Source: Ginglymostoma cirratum (taxonomy: Eukaryota). Taken from it: 64,000 nt of DNA. The position numbers and the translations under genes were made by a program. Location: contig JAHRHZ010000074.1 of the NCBI GenBank assembly GCA_024137785.1, forward strand, positions 557,350 to 621,349, in the 5' to 3' direction. Shown in pieces: positions 12,190-23,322 of the stretch (positions are counted from its first letter, which is position 1; each line of letters starts with the position of its first letter). The notes below the pieces were generated by a model. The model saw nothing but the letters and a program-made list of their open reading frames with translations. It did no database searches and was not told the origin of the DNA.

Positions 12190-14190
12190 TAATGTACCAC
12201 ATCACTGGCACCATGCAACAAGCAAGATTCCTCTGCAAAGGGAATTCAAATGATTAAGGGTCCTTCATCCAAAGCAATGGACCACCTAATGGGTTTAGCA
12301 GGAATAACACGCTCTAAGAAATACATCCAAGAAAATAAAGATCCTCCGCTTGATAAATGATTCACAGACAATCAGAATCAAGGACAACAATCTCCCAATT
12401 TTCGAAGCCTTAAGAGAGCTCATTCTGGAAAAATTGTGAAATGTTCAGACTACCTGAATTTGTGAATCAGCGCCTTGGGAACAAGGGAGATGTTATTTAA
12501 GGAAGGGGCTCCGAAAGAATTAATGTTGGAGACTGCATCAAGTTTTTGGATAAGAATAGGTCCCTTGGCAATGACATTCCGGCCTATAGGCCACCAGTTG
12601 AACAAGAAGAACTTCTATGAAATGGCCTTCTGCTCCCTTTGCCCTCTTCTTCCATCAATTTGTCCTGATTTGTGTAATCTCTCCTAATTCTCTCAGTCAT
12701 GCTCAATTCCAAAAGGAATGCAAACATGCATATTTGGCAGTAAATTGTTCTAGCACAAACCTTTAAATCACGAAGCAAGTAATTCACCACACCAAGTCAC
12801 GCTCTGTAAGCAACTAAAGCTTGAGACCACTATAGGAAAGCTTGAAAAATGGCGTGAACTCCAGAAGTATAAAATAAAACATTTCGCAACAAATACACAA
12901 ACAATTTATGATACCTGGCTGCAGCTGGAGGTGGTCCTTAATGTCACTGAACGCTTGATCTGCTATGCAAAGCTAATTACAACTGTTGACTGGATTATGA
13001 CGTTTAAGAATGGCAATGCTGACATCAAATCAACATTGCACCCTGTATGATGCCATAACATACCTGTCCTGTGCATGTTTACAAGTTACCTAACCAATGT
13101 TCTTGCATTCAGTTCCCAATTCTTGGTAATTCAGTCAATCAGTGCCAAAAGGAAGATGCTGCAGGGCTCCATTCAAATACCAAACTCAGCTGAAGGTAAA
13201 TCAGCTCTTCACAGTGTTTGGTTCAGCCATGCTTTCAAGGCTGTTGCCTCAATGAAGTCATAGTCCTTGCTTTTAATCAGTAGAAATAGCAAAACCAATA
13301 GAAACATCAATATCAAAGATAACAAGGTGTAGAGCTGGATGAACACAGCAGGCCAAGCAGCATCAGAGGTAACAAGGCATGGGGCTGGATGAACACAGCA
13401 GGTCAAGCAGCATCATAGGAGCAGGAAAACTTGATGTTTCGGGCCTAGACCCTTCATCAGAAATGGGGGAGGGGAAGAGGGTTCTGAAATAAATAGGGAG
13501 AGAGGGGGAGGCGGATAGAGGATGGATAGAGGAGAGGATAGGTGGAGAGGAGGCAGACAAGTCAAAGAGGCGGGGATGGAGCCAGTAAAGGTGAGTGTAG
13601 GTGGGGGGGTAGGGAGGAGATAGGTCAGTCCAGGGAGGACGGTCCTATGATGCTGCTTGGCCTGCTGTGTTCATCCAGCCCCACGCCTTGTTATCTCGGA
13701 TTCTCCAGCATCTGCAGTACCTTTTATCTCAGCATCAGAGGAGTAGGAAAACTGATGTTTCGGGTCTAGACCCTTCTTTCTAGACCTAAAACGTCAGCTT
13801 TCCTGCTCCTCTGATGCTGCTTGGCCTGCTGTGTTCATCCAGATCTACACCTTGTTATCTCAGATTCTCCAGCATCGGCAGTTCAAACTATCTCTGAACC
13901 AACATCGAAGAACTCTTTTCAACTAATTTGAAAGAGTGAGGATTATGCATTAGTGGGAAGCTGTGTGCAGCATTCTTTCATCCTTTGCCATCCAGACTTC
14001 TGCAACATGCACCATTTGTGGTCAGGAACAAGAAATCTTGATGTCTTTTGACCTTCCTATTCAGGGGACTCAGATCAATTGTCATCATCATGTTGGCAAT
14101 TTGGATTAAACTTGCTGACCCGTCATAGAGCAAATCTGTTCTATTCAGTTCACCATCAAACCTCATCTAGCATTAACACATGACGTTATT
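12190..14190 (+). pseudogene. Candidate endogenous viral element: L C-terminus-like frame then glycoprotein-like frame, split by a Penelope-like insert
   Basis: Non-repetitive with long near-open frames: SSFWIRIG, then hydrophobic FALFFHQFVLICVIS and Cys/N-glycosylation-rich peptides. No diagnostic catalytic motif. Confidence 0.35.
13317..13897. mobile_element. Penelope-like element termini in tandem and inverted (foldback) arrangement
   Basis: Four copies of the ctggatgaacacagcaggccaagcagcatca unit, two per strand. Same family as the GIY-YIG element at 53004-53770. Confidence 0.85.
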
Positions 14191-14920
14191 AGACAATCTT
14201 TAATATTATTTCTGCACTTGCTACACTTAATAGTTGCTATCTATTTTCATATCTTCAAAGCACTAAAATTATAATGCACACTTATGCAAACCAATGTACA
14301 GAAATAAAGCCAAGGGTTAATTAAATAACCAGAATCATTATAGTATAATTTGGAAGACCTCAGAACAAAACTGAGAGATTTTCTGTAAAGGTTGAAAGGA
14401 ATGTTAAAAGCAAACAAAACACATTTTTGAATCTGAGAAGTTGCCGTTTTGCTTCTATGGCAGCCTCATTGAGAATGTGAAAATTGTCCATGGATTTCTT
14501 CTTTCTATTTTTCGAAGTTGTTGGATTTAATGGTAAGCTTGTAGACATTGGGAAATGATCACTGGGGATTTGGATTGCTTTGTTAGCTTCCTGCAGCACA
14601 CCTTGGTATCCATAAGGTTATATCTCTTCAAAAATAAACTGTTGGTATTTCACTAAATTAGCTGGTTGACCCATTCTAAAGGGAATTACTTCTAAATGGA
14701 TCAAATTCAGAAACATTCAAATAGATCTTTGTATTTTACCATAAGAAGTTTGGATAAGATTTCCTCTGCTCATTAAGAGTCAAAATTTTAGGAATGTGTT
14801 GCTTAAAAGAATCGTCTACTTGAGTTACAATGATAAAATGATTAACTCTTACTTTTGACTTTTTTTACTATTTGTTAAGAGACATCAAACAGAGGTGATA
14901 TTACAAATGCATTTACAATA

Positions 14921-15457
14921 CAGTCAGCTCTGCTATAACATGATAGTTGCATTCCTGTGCAACATCGCATTGTAGAAAATAGTGCCATAGAAATAATGGG
15001 GCCTAAGTGAAAAGTGGGGTTAGGGGCAGACGACCAAAAAAATTCACTCAAAATCACTCAAAAGCCTAACACAAAGAATAACACAATTTGAATAAACATT
15101 TAATTCATATCTAATAATGAAATAAAAGTAAATTTAACACTTTACCTTGATAAAATGTCAAGATGACTTGATGGGGGAGGAGGTTGTACTGTGACTCTCA
15201 CAGAAAGCACCTCATGACAAAGCCCATGAAATGATCACGTGATGCCAGAGCAGGGACTTCTTGGTGCTAATATTGTACATATTCACAACAAAACCCATGA
15301 AACAATCATGTGATGTCAATGCATACTCCTACGCGCACTAATGGAATCGTGTTATAGCCAACACAAGTTTGTGTTTTAGAAATAACGTTCCCCTATTTGT
15401 TAGTCGCATTACAGTCAATTCGTGTTGCCAGAACACGTATTATAACACAACTGTCTG
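14921..15457. mobile_element. Tigger/pogo-type non-autonomous DNA transposon
   Basis: TA on both sides. About 20-bp imperfect TIRs cagtcagctctgctataaca / tattataacacaactgtctg. Confidence 0.75.
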
Positions 15458-16177
15458 TATGTTAGCATTACAGACTAAAGGAAATCATACTTTATCGTAT
15501 TCAAACCTATCTACATGATAATGAAACAAACATTTTAATGACTCCCTGCAGTGAACAATTATCCACTAGTCGTGTCTGGTTCTTTTATATGCGCACGTGT
15601 TTGTTAACAGCCCAGTTTTTGCTAACAGGGTAAATGAGTGGGAAGAACACATGACAATAGACATTTTGTGAATTTGTGCAATCGAATTTTCTAGATAACA
15701 CATTTTACAGTTTTTTCACTTCTCATGGTCATGTCTCAAAACAAAATGAACAATTTGGAGTTACATTATATCAAGTACTCTCCAATTAAATAATGTAGTC
15801 AGACTGGTAAAGTTTAATGAGCTACTTAGAATAGAAAAGGTCAGCATTTAGTGAAAACCTGAAATATATGGCAGTATATTATTAACAGCCTGCAAGTATT
15901 GCACTCTTGCTGCTTGTAATGATTAATAGATTGACTTTTGTTTCGAACAAAACATTTTCTTCCTTTGATTCCTTCACAGGGATCTGTGTTTAAAGTTGCT
16001 TGTTTTGAGTTGCTTCGCTGTAATGTTGGTAAGTTACTCAGACTGGAAATCTTGTTAAGCATCACAAGGTTTGTTATAATGTTGTTTATGGGAGTACATA
16101 ACACATTACCTGACTGGTGCATTTTGGTGCAACCTCTCCAGTTCGTTGGCTTGTGGCATTTCTCCTGTGCTGCACCA

Positions 16178-16400
16178 TAGAAACATAGAAACATAGAAGG
16201 TAGGAGCAGGAGGAGGCCATTCGGCCCTTCAAGCCTGCTCTGCCATTCATCATGATCATGGCTGATCGTCCAACTCAATAGCCTAATCCTGCTTTCTCCC
16301 CATAGTCTTTGATCCCATTCACTTCAAGTGCCATATCTAGCCACCTCTTGAATAAATTCAACGTTTTGGCATCAACTACTTCCTATGATAATGAACACAA
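16178..16400 (-). mobile_element. CR1 LINE 3' end
   Basis: (atagaaac)n tail and reverse-complement CR1 3' UTR. Confidence 0.85.
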
Positions 16401-16409
16401 GGACTTCAT

Positions 16410-16930
16410 CAGGAACTACCCGCCCACCGAGATCCAGACTGCCTGCTGAAGCTGGTCCTTGGCCCTGGCCAGAACACAGCCACTATTTGACAGAATCACT
16501 CTGAGAAAGGCTCTCATTAGCCCAAGGATCCATGCAGAAATGATAGAGCTGCAACCCTCATCCAGGCAGAGTGCCAACATTTTCTGATACCAGCAGATTT
16601 CCTCCTTCCCTGCCAAAAGGGTGTTGCTGATTTGGAGTTCAGCAGGCTACAGCCCTCTCCAGGGTGGAAGCTGAAATGCTGGGCCTATCATGGCAAATCA
16701 GTGGCTGTAGATGGTGGAGCAAAGCAAGAGAGCCAGCGAACACCACCTGGACCTGCAGCCAGCCATGAGATGCAGCCACCGCCGCACCGCGCCCCCCCAC
16801 CCCAAAAAACAATGGACAACCTGGAGGTGGCAGAAGCCAGCAAGAAGAGGTGTTTAGCCTCCCCACTGCCCCACACTGTCATCATAAAGGCATCATTATG
16901 CAGGGGCCCTGGGAGGTGCCCACAACATAG
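16410..16930 (+). mobile_element. Possible Tx1/L1-clade fragment
   Basis: GC-richer segment. Frameshifted LLKLVL-LART...ISPRIHAE resembles a Tx1 ORF2 C-terminus; weak. Confidence 0.3.
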
Positions 16931-16934
16931 ACAA

Positions 16935-18240
16935 GCAGAAACTTAGAAAATAGATACAAGAGTTGGCCATTCAATCCATTGATTCTGCTGTGCCATTGAG
17001 TATGATCACGGCTGATCACCCAACTCAGTACCCCGTTCCTGCTTGCTCCCTATATTCTTTGATCCTTTTAGTCCTAAGCCCTAACAAACTCCTACTTCAT
17101 TTAGTGTTTTGGCCTCAGCAGTTTTCTGTGGCAGCAAATTCCACAGGCTCACCACTCTCTGGGTGAAGAAATTTCTCATCTCATCTCAACTCAAGGAAAA
17201 ATGGAAATTATAAGGAGAGTTTTAACCCACACATTTGGCACATTCCAGACCGATATCCATGTGATGAATTAGGCAGCAAAGACTTTCATGGATTTGCAAG
17301 GATTTTTATTGTGAATCGACAATTTCACTTAAAGCACCAGTTCCCACCTTTCCTTTCCATGACTTTGGGAAGAACCCAGGTCTCAGAGGCAAAGTCTAAT
17401 ATGCGTCTTGTTCTCTCAAGCAGCTTTGGAGCTTTATCGGTTGGCTCTTGAATGTCCCACACTGACATGCAATTAAAGTAACTCCAGAATGACATCTGTC
17501 CAAATCCCACTACAATTCCCAGCCATTGCCATCCCAAATCCGCTCTTTTCCCAGGCAGCCATGATGTTTCTCTTATTCATAATAAGAAATAGGAACAGGA
17601 ATAGATATTCATCCCCTCAAGCCTGCCCTAGCCATTAAACAAGTCATGGCTGATTTTCCACAGGTCTTAAATTCTCTTTTGTGCTAGCTTCTCATAGCTC
17701 AATGTTTTAATATTTCAACAGTCTACCTACCTCCTCTTTAAATGCTTTCAGTGATCAGCCTCCAGGCCAAAACATTAAATGAAGAAGGAGTTTGATACAG
17801 TTCTTAGGGCTAAAAGGATCAAAGAGTATAGGGAGCAAGCAGGAACAGGGTACTGAGTTGGGTGATCAGCCATGATCATACTCAATGGCACAGCAGAATC
17901 AATGGATTGAATGGCCAACTCTCTGGGGTCAAGATTCCAGACATGAGACATATTCCCTTATTTTGTAACTATGTCCCCAAGTTTTGGACTGTCACACGAG
18001 TGGAAACATCTCACCATCTACTCTGTTAAGCCCCCTCAGAATCTTGTAACTTTCAGAAAGGTTCTCCCTCGTTCTTCATAATGCCAATAAATAAAGGCTT
18101 AACTGTTTAGTCGTTCTTGTTAAATCAATACCTTCATTTCAGGAATCAGCCTAGTGAATCTCTTTTGAAGCATCTCCAATGCCTGTCTTAAATACAGGAA
18201 CCAATCCACAAAACTCCAGCTTAGACTTCAGCAATGCCCT
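16935..18240 (-). mobile_element. Two CR1 3' fragments (16935-17180 and 17580-18240), the second containing an inverted local copy
   Basis: Reverse-complement CR1 3' UTRs. 17764-17922 is the reverse complement of 16959-17115. Confidence 0.8.
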
Positions 18241-18269
18241 GTACATCACTTGCATGCTATCACAAAACC

Positions 18270-18905
18270 CTGAGCTCCTACCTGGCAACACTTGCCCTTT
18301 TACCACCTCCCTTGTCACTGTCCAAAGTGACACACACAACTTCCAGGTGAAGCAGCGATATATTTAAAAACTTTGAGAAGTCCGAATGCTGGTAATTAGA
18401 AACAAAAAAACAGAAATTGCTGGAAAAGCTCAGCAGGTCTGGCAGCATCTGTGGAGAGAAATCGGAGTTAAGATTTTGCATCCACTGACCCTTCCTCAGT
18501 TCTGAGTTTCTGTTTTCATTGCAGTGATGTATTTACTTGCACATCTCCAAATTTAGTTCACTGCATTAGCTGCTCACAATCTGGTTCCTTGTACATTGGT
18601 GAAATCAAATGCAGACTAGGTGATTGCATCTCTACTACAATGTCCTGACCTTCCAGGTGCTTGCTATTTCAGCACACCATCTTATTCTCCAGCTAACTTT
18701 TCTATCTTAAGCCTGCTGCAGTGTTCCAGCGAAACCCAATCCAATCTCTATGAACATAAATTGAGAAGGTTAACTGCAAGAAACAAACAACTCATAATGG
18801 AGCTCTGAAAAAGAGTCAATCAGACTCAAAATGTTAACTCTGTTTATCTCTCCACAAATGCTGCCAGAGCTGCTGAATTACTCCAGCACTTTCTGTTCAT
18901 ATTTC
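18270..18905. mobile_element. Penelope-like GIY-YIG fragment with nested terminal fragments
   Basis: FQVKQR..FTC.S.NLV.CI-type GIY-YIG remnant as at 53700 and 59500, plus terminal motifs on both strands. Confidence 0.7.
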
Positions 18906-20164
18906 ACTTCGTATTTGTTTGTACCTAATGCAAACCTAAAACAGCTTTCCACTTGCAATGCAGTTTGAGCACCTCAAGCTTATTTAGTCATATTTTATCT
19001 TTTCAATATTAGCAACTTTCACTTCTCTAACAAAGAATTGTACATTTTAGATGTTCTAATTAATGTGTCAACTAGAAAATATTATAATAAAGCAATTCTA
19101 TCTTCAGATCTTCACAAGAAAAAAAAGCATCTCATGATCTAAATGCTCCATGATTCAATTCTGGAATATTGCCACACTTTATTGTTTCCAATTATGTATA
19201 TGGGCAAATCAAGACAGAATACCTAATTTCCTTGTGTCTTCCCTGACATAAATCACTTTGCATATTAGTGCACATCAGTGCTGATGAGTCATCCTATTAT
19301 GGCTACAAAGAATAAATTGTGCATGTTTGAATGGTTCACTGACTTTAATAGCGAAGTGAGAAAAGACAAAATAATACTCATCCCATTTATACATACAGAA
19401 CACAATTAAACAGAAATGTTTCTATTGTTAATTGTAAGAATGATACTTGCATCCTGACTAAATTATTTATAGGATTCTTAATGGATGTGCTGCTTGAAAG
19501 TACGTTCTCTTTTTCTAAGCCCTTAACTCTTCAGGTGCTACTCTTTTATCTTCTGAGGGTAATTATTTTGGAGGTTTCGACTGGGGTACTGAAGCTATTT
19601 ATTAGTTTATGTATTTGCAGAGTCTCTGTGTCAAAACTATCATCTCTCAATCCAGTCTGGGACATCTACCAGAATAGTCATACACTTTGAAAGTTTGGGG
19701 TCAATGCAATTTCTCAATTACCAAGGAACCTGCCGCCAAGAAATGTTACCTGCTGTATTCACAACACAAGCATTCGGCTAGCACACAAACAGAACTGTAC
19801 ATGCAGACAAGGTCACTATGGCACACAACCTTCATGCTGCAGACCCCTTTCACGCTATAACAGGTGACGTCTGTAACGTCTCACAGTTCAAAGTAAACTG
19901 ATAGATCAGGGAAGATGCTGAGGCTCTCTAAACTTGAATGAACACTTGATCGTTTCCTGATGAACAAGAGGGAACTATTTCTTGCCTAGATGGCAGGATT
20001 CTCCAGAGTGTAGAGCGCAATTGACTGCTCACATAATTCTTTGCCTGATTGCCATCATCAGCTAGGTATTTAATCAATCAGAAAGGATTAACAACTGTCA
20101 TCATACAGTGCTTCATGCAGCTTTCTGCCTACTATCTTGGCAGAAGCCATGACTCTTTCCTCTT

Positions 20165-21950
20165 AGAGTCATAGAGTCATATAGTCATACAGCATGAAAA
20201 CAGACCCTTTGGTCCAACTCGTCCATGCTGATCAAGTTTCCCAAACTAAACTAGTCCCATTTACCTGTGTTTGGGCCCTATCCCTCTAAACCTTTCTTAT
20301 TCATGTACCTATCCAAATGTCTTTTAAATGTTGTAACCATACCTGCTTCTACCACTTAGTGATATGGTGGACAGTGAAGAAGTTTATTGAGGGGATAAAG
20401 GGGTCTTGATCAATTGGGCCAATGTGCTGAGGAGTGGCAGGTGAAGTTTAATTTGAACAAATGCGAAGTATTGCATTTTGGTAAAACAAACAAGAGCAGA
20501 GCCTATGCAATGAATGCTAGGGCCCTGGGTAGCATTGTCGAATGGAGAGGCCTAGGGTTCAGGTACATAGTTCTTTGAAAATTGCACCACAGGTAGATAG
20601 GGTGGTTAAGAAGGCATTTAGCATGCTTGCTTTCATTGCTCAGACCATTGAATATAAGAGTTGGAATGTCATGTTGAGGTTGTCCAGAGCATTGGTGAGG
20701 TATACAGTTCTGTTCAGCGTGCTATAAGAAGGATATTATTGAATGGGAGAGGGTTCAGAAAAGATTTACAAGGATGTTGCAAGGACAGGAGAGTTTGAGT
20801 TATAATGAGAGTCTGGATAGACTGGGACGTTTTTCCACTGGACCATGGGAGGTTGAGAGGTAACTTTATAGAGATTTATAAAATCATGAGGGGAGTAGAT
20901 AAGGTGAATAGCAAAGGTCTTTTCCCAAGGGTGGGGGTGTTCAAAAGTAGAGGGCATATTTTTAAGGTGAGAGGAGAAAGATTTAAAAGGGACCTGAGGG
21001 GGCAACTTTTTCACACAGAGGGTGGTCATTTCACCAAAATGCAATACCTTGCATTCATTCAAATTAAACTTCACTCGCCACTCCCCAGCACATTGGCCCA
21101 ATTGGTCAAGATCCCTTTATCCCCTCGATAACCTTATTCACTGTCCACCATGTCACTAATTTTAGCGTCATCTGCAAACTTCTCAATCATGCCTCCAAAA
21201 TTCTCATCCAAATCATCTATATAAATGACAAATGACAGTAGACCCAGCACTGATCCCTGCGAAACACCACTGGTCACAGGCATCCAGTCTGTAAAACAAC
21301 CCTCCACCACCACCCTTTGTCTTCTACTGTCAAGCCAATTTTTTATCCAATTGGCAAGCTTACCCTGAAACCCATGTGATCTAACTGTACTAACCAGACT
21401 ACCATGTGGAACCTTGTCAAAGGCCTTACTGAAGTCTGTGTAAATAACAGCTACAACTTTACCCTCATCTATCTTTCTGGTCATGTCCTCAAAAAACTCA
21501 ATCAAGTTTGTGAGACAGGATTTCCCATGCACAAAACCATGCTGATGATCCCTGATGAGTCCTCACCTCTCCAAATGCATGTAAATCTTTTCTCTCAGAA
21601 TCCTCTCCAATGACTTACCCACCACTGATATCAGACACACTGATCTATAGTTCCTAGGTTTCTCCTTACAGTCTTTTTGTTAAATAAAGGTACAACATTG
21701 GCCAGCCTCCAGTACCTCACCCATGCCTGCAGGTGATACAAATATCTCTGCTGAAGGCCCCACAACTTCTTCCCTACCTTTCCATAAAGTCCTGGGATAC
21801 ACTTAATCAGATTGCAGACATTTAGCCACCTTTGTGTTTTTTAAGACCTCAAGCATCTCCTCTTCTGTACTGTTTTTAAGACATCAATATTTGTTTCCCT
21901 AGGTTCCCGAGCCTCCATGCCTTTTTCCACAGTCAACACAGACGTGAAAT
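20165..21950 (-). mobile_element. CR1 LINE with internal inversion (20358-21027 on + strand)
   Basis: ORF 21134-21532 is RT (GKSCLTNLIEFFE, DFSKAFDKVPH, SGVSQGSVLG, FADDAK). (gagtcata)n tail at 20165. Confidence 0.92.
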
Positions 21951-21984
21951 TGCACCAGTGTTCTGTGCTGCCTTTACATTTTCT

Positions 21985-22075
21985 ACTCAACCTGTTCAGG
22001 CACACTTCTGCAGCAGGTGGGACTTGAACCCAAGCCTCCTGACTCAGAGGTACGGGCACTATCACTGCACCATGA
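21985..22075 (-). mobile_element. Short tRNA-derived SINE
   Basis: Minus strand shows A-box-like tggtgcagtga and B-box ggttcaagtccc. Confidence 0.65.
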
Positions 22076-23084
22076 GGGCTCCTCTCTGCTCTCTTTATTG
22101 CAGTGAGGATACCAAGTTACTGGTTGGATTTTAGACAACAAAGAGATGAGACCAAGCCAATTCTCCACTCAACAGTGCCACAATCATCCTTACCTTATCC
22201 ATGGCAACAATCAATTGCCTTCCTTCAGCCAGACTTATGGATCAAGTTTTCACTTCATTACAAAGACGAACATTAACATCAAATCCAAAACGAAAAAGAC
22301 AAGTTTGTTAAACAAATCTTCTGACAAAATTTTTGAAATCACTTCAAGACCCACTGTCAGCAAGCCCCTATCTTGTGTGCTTGTATTCTTATTGTTATGC
22401 TCCTTCAAAGCACTGGTGGGAGAGTAAGCATGTTGCCCACCCCCCTCCTGAGAAAGGATAGCAAGTGTCTGTTTGATGTAGCCAACCACATTCTACTCAA
22501 ATGGTGCTTCAGTATTTGTTAGACTCTAGGATTATGAATACACAAAGTATTTACAGAACCTCATTTCTAACTACATGCCGAATACTGTGCAGACATCCTT
22601 GTGGAGTATTCCCACTCCTAAGTCAGGAGAGTTAACACATATAGAGGATTGATGTGATGCCCTAGATATGTCCTTTGTCACTATTCTCCAAAGCTAATCT
22701 GATACCTGTTTGAGCTTCCAATCTCGCAATAGTAGCCTGATGGTGTAACAATATCTGCAGCCGAAACTACGAGAGGTACGATATGGAGTTACCAAAAGAT
22801 GTTACATTATGGTGCATTCGATCATGGTGCTGACGGAGGTGACACTTGGTCCACATTGGTCAGAGTAGTTTCCATGTTCCATGTAAAACCTTCAGTCTAA
22901 GAATAAGGACCAAGACCTCAAGTTTCCCTCGGTTCCCTAGCCTCCATGCCTTTTTCCACAGTAAACACAGAAGTGAAATTGCACCAGTGCTCTGTGCTAC
23001 CTTTATATTTTCTAATCAACCTGAGGTCTTGCTTGAGGTCTTCAGTCTAAGAATAATCATTCAGGGCTGAGTTGAAGTAGAATT

Positions 23085-23322
23085 TCTTACTCAGAGAGTT
23101 GTGAATCTGTGGAACTGTTTCCCACAGGAAGCTGTTGGGGCCAATTCATTAGGTATATTCAAAAGGGAGCTAGACATGGTCCTTGCGACTAAAGGAATCA
23201 AGGGGTATGGAGAGAAAGCAGGAACGGGATACTGAGATTGCATGATCAGCCATGATCATATTAAACGGTGGTGCAGGCTTGAAGAGCTGAATGGCCTGTT
23301 CTTGCATCTATTTTCTATGTTT
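23085..23322 (+). mobile_element. CR1 LINE 3' end
   Basis: CR1 3' UTR ending ttttctatgtttc. Confidence 0.85.

Noticed and set aside
13317-13897. CRISPR-like or regularly spaced repeat array
   Set aside because: The repeats are irregular, lie on both strands and match Penelope-like termini. The context is eukaryotic with no cas genes.
21134-21532. 132-aa reverse transcriptase ORF as a functional gene or retron-like system
   Set aside because: It is a fragment of a truncated, rearranged CR1 LINE.
22590-22645. SGELTH as the HR capping motif of the L relic
   Set aside because: It lies upstream of the LR..G and GxxT motifs, which is the wrong order, so it is probably coincidental.
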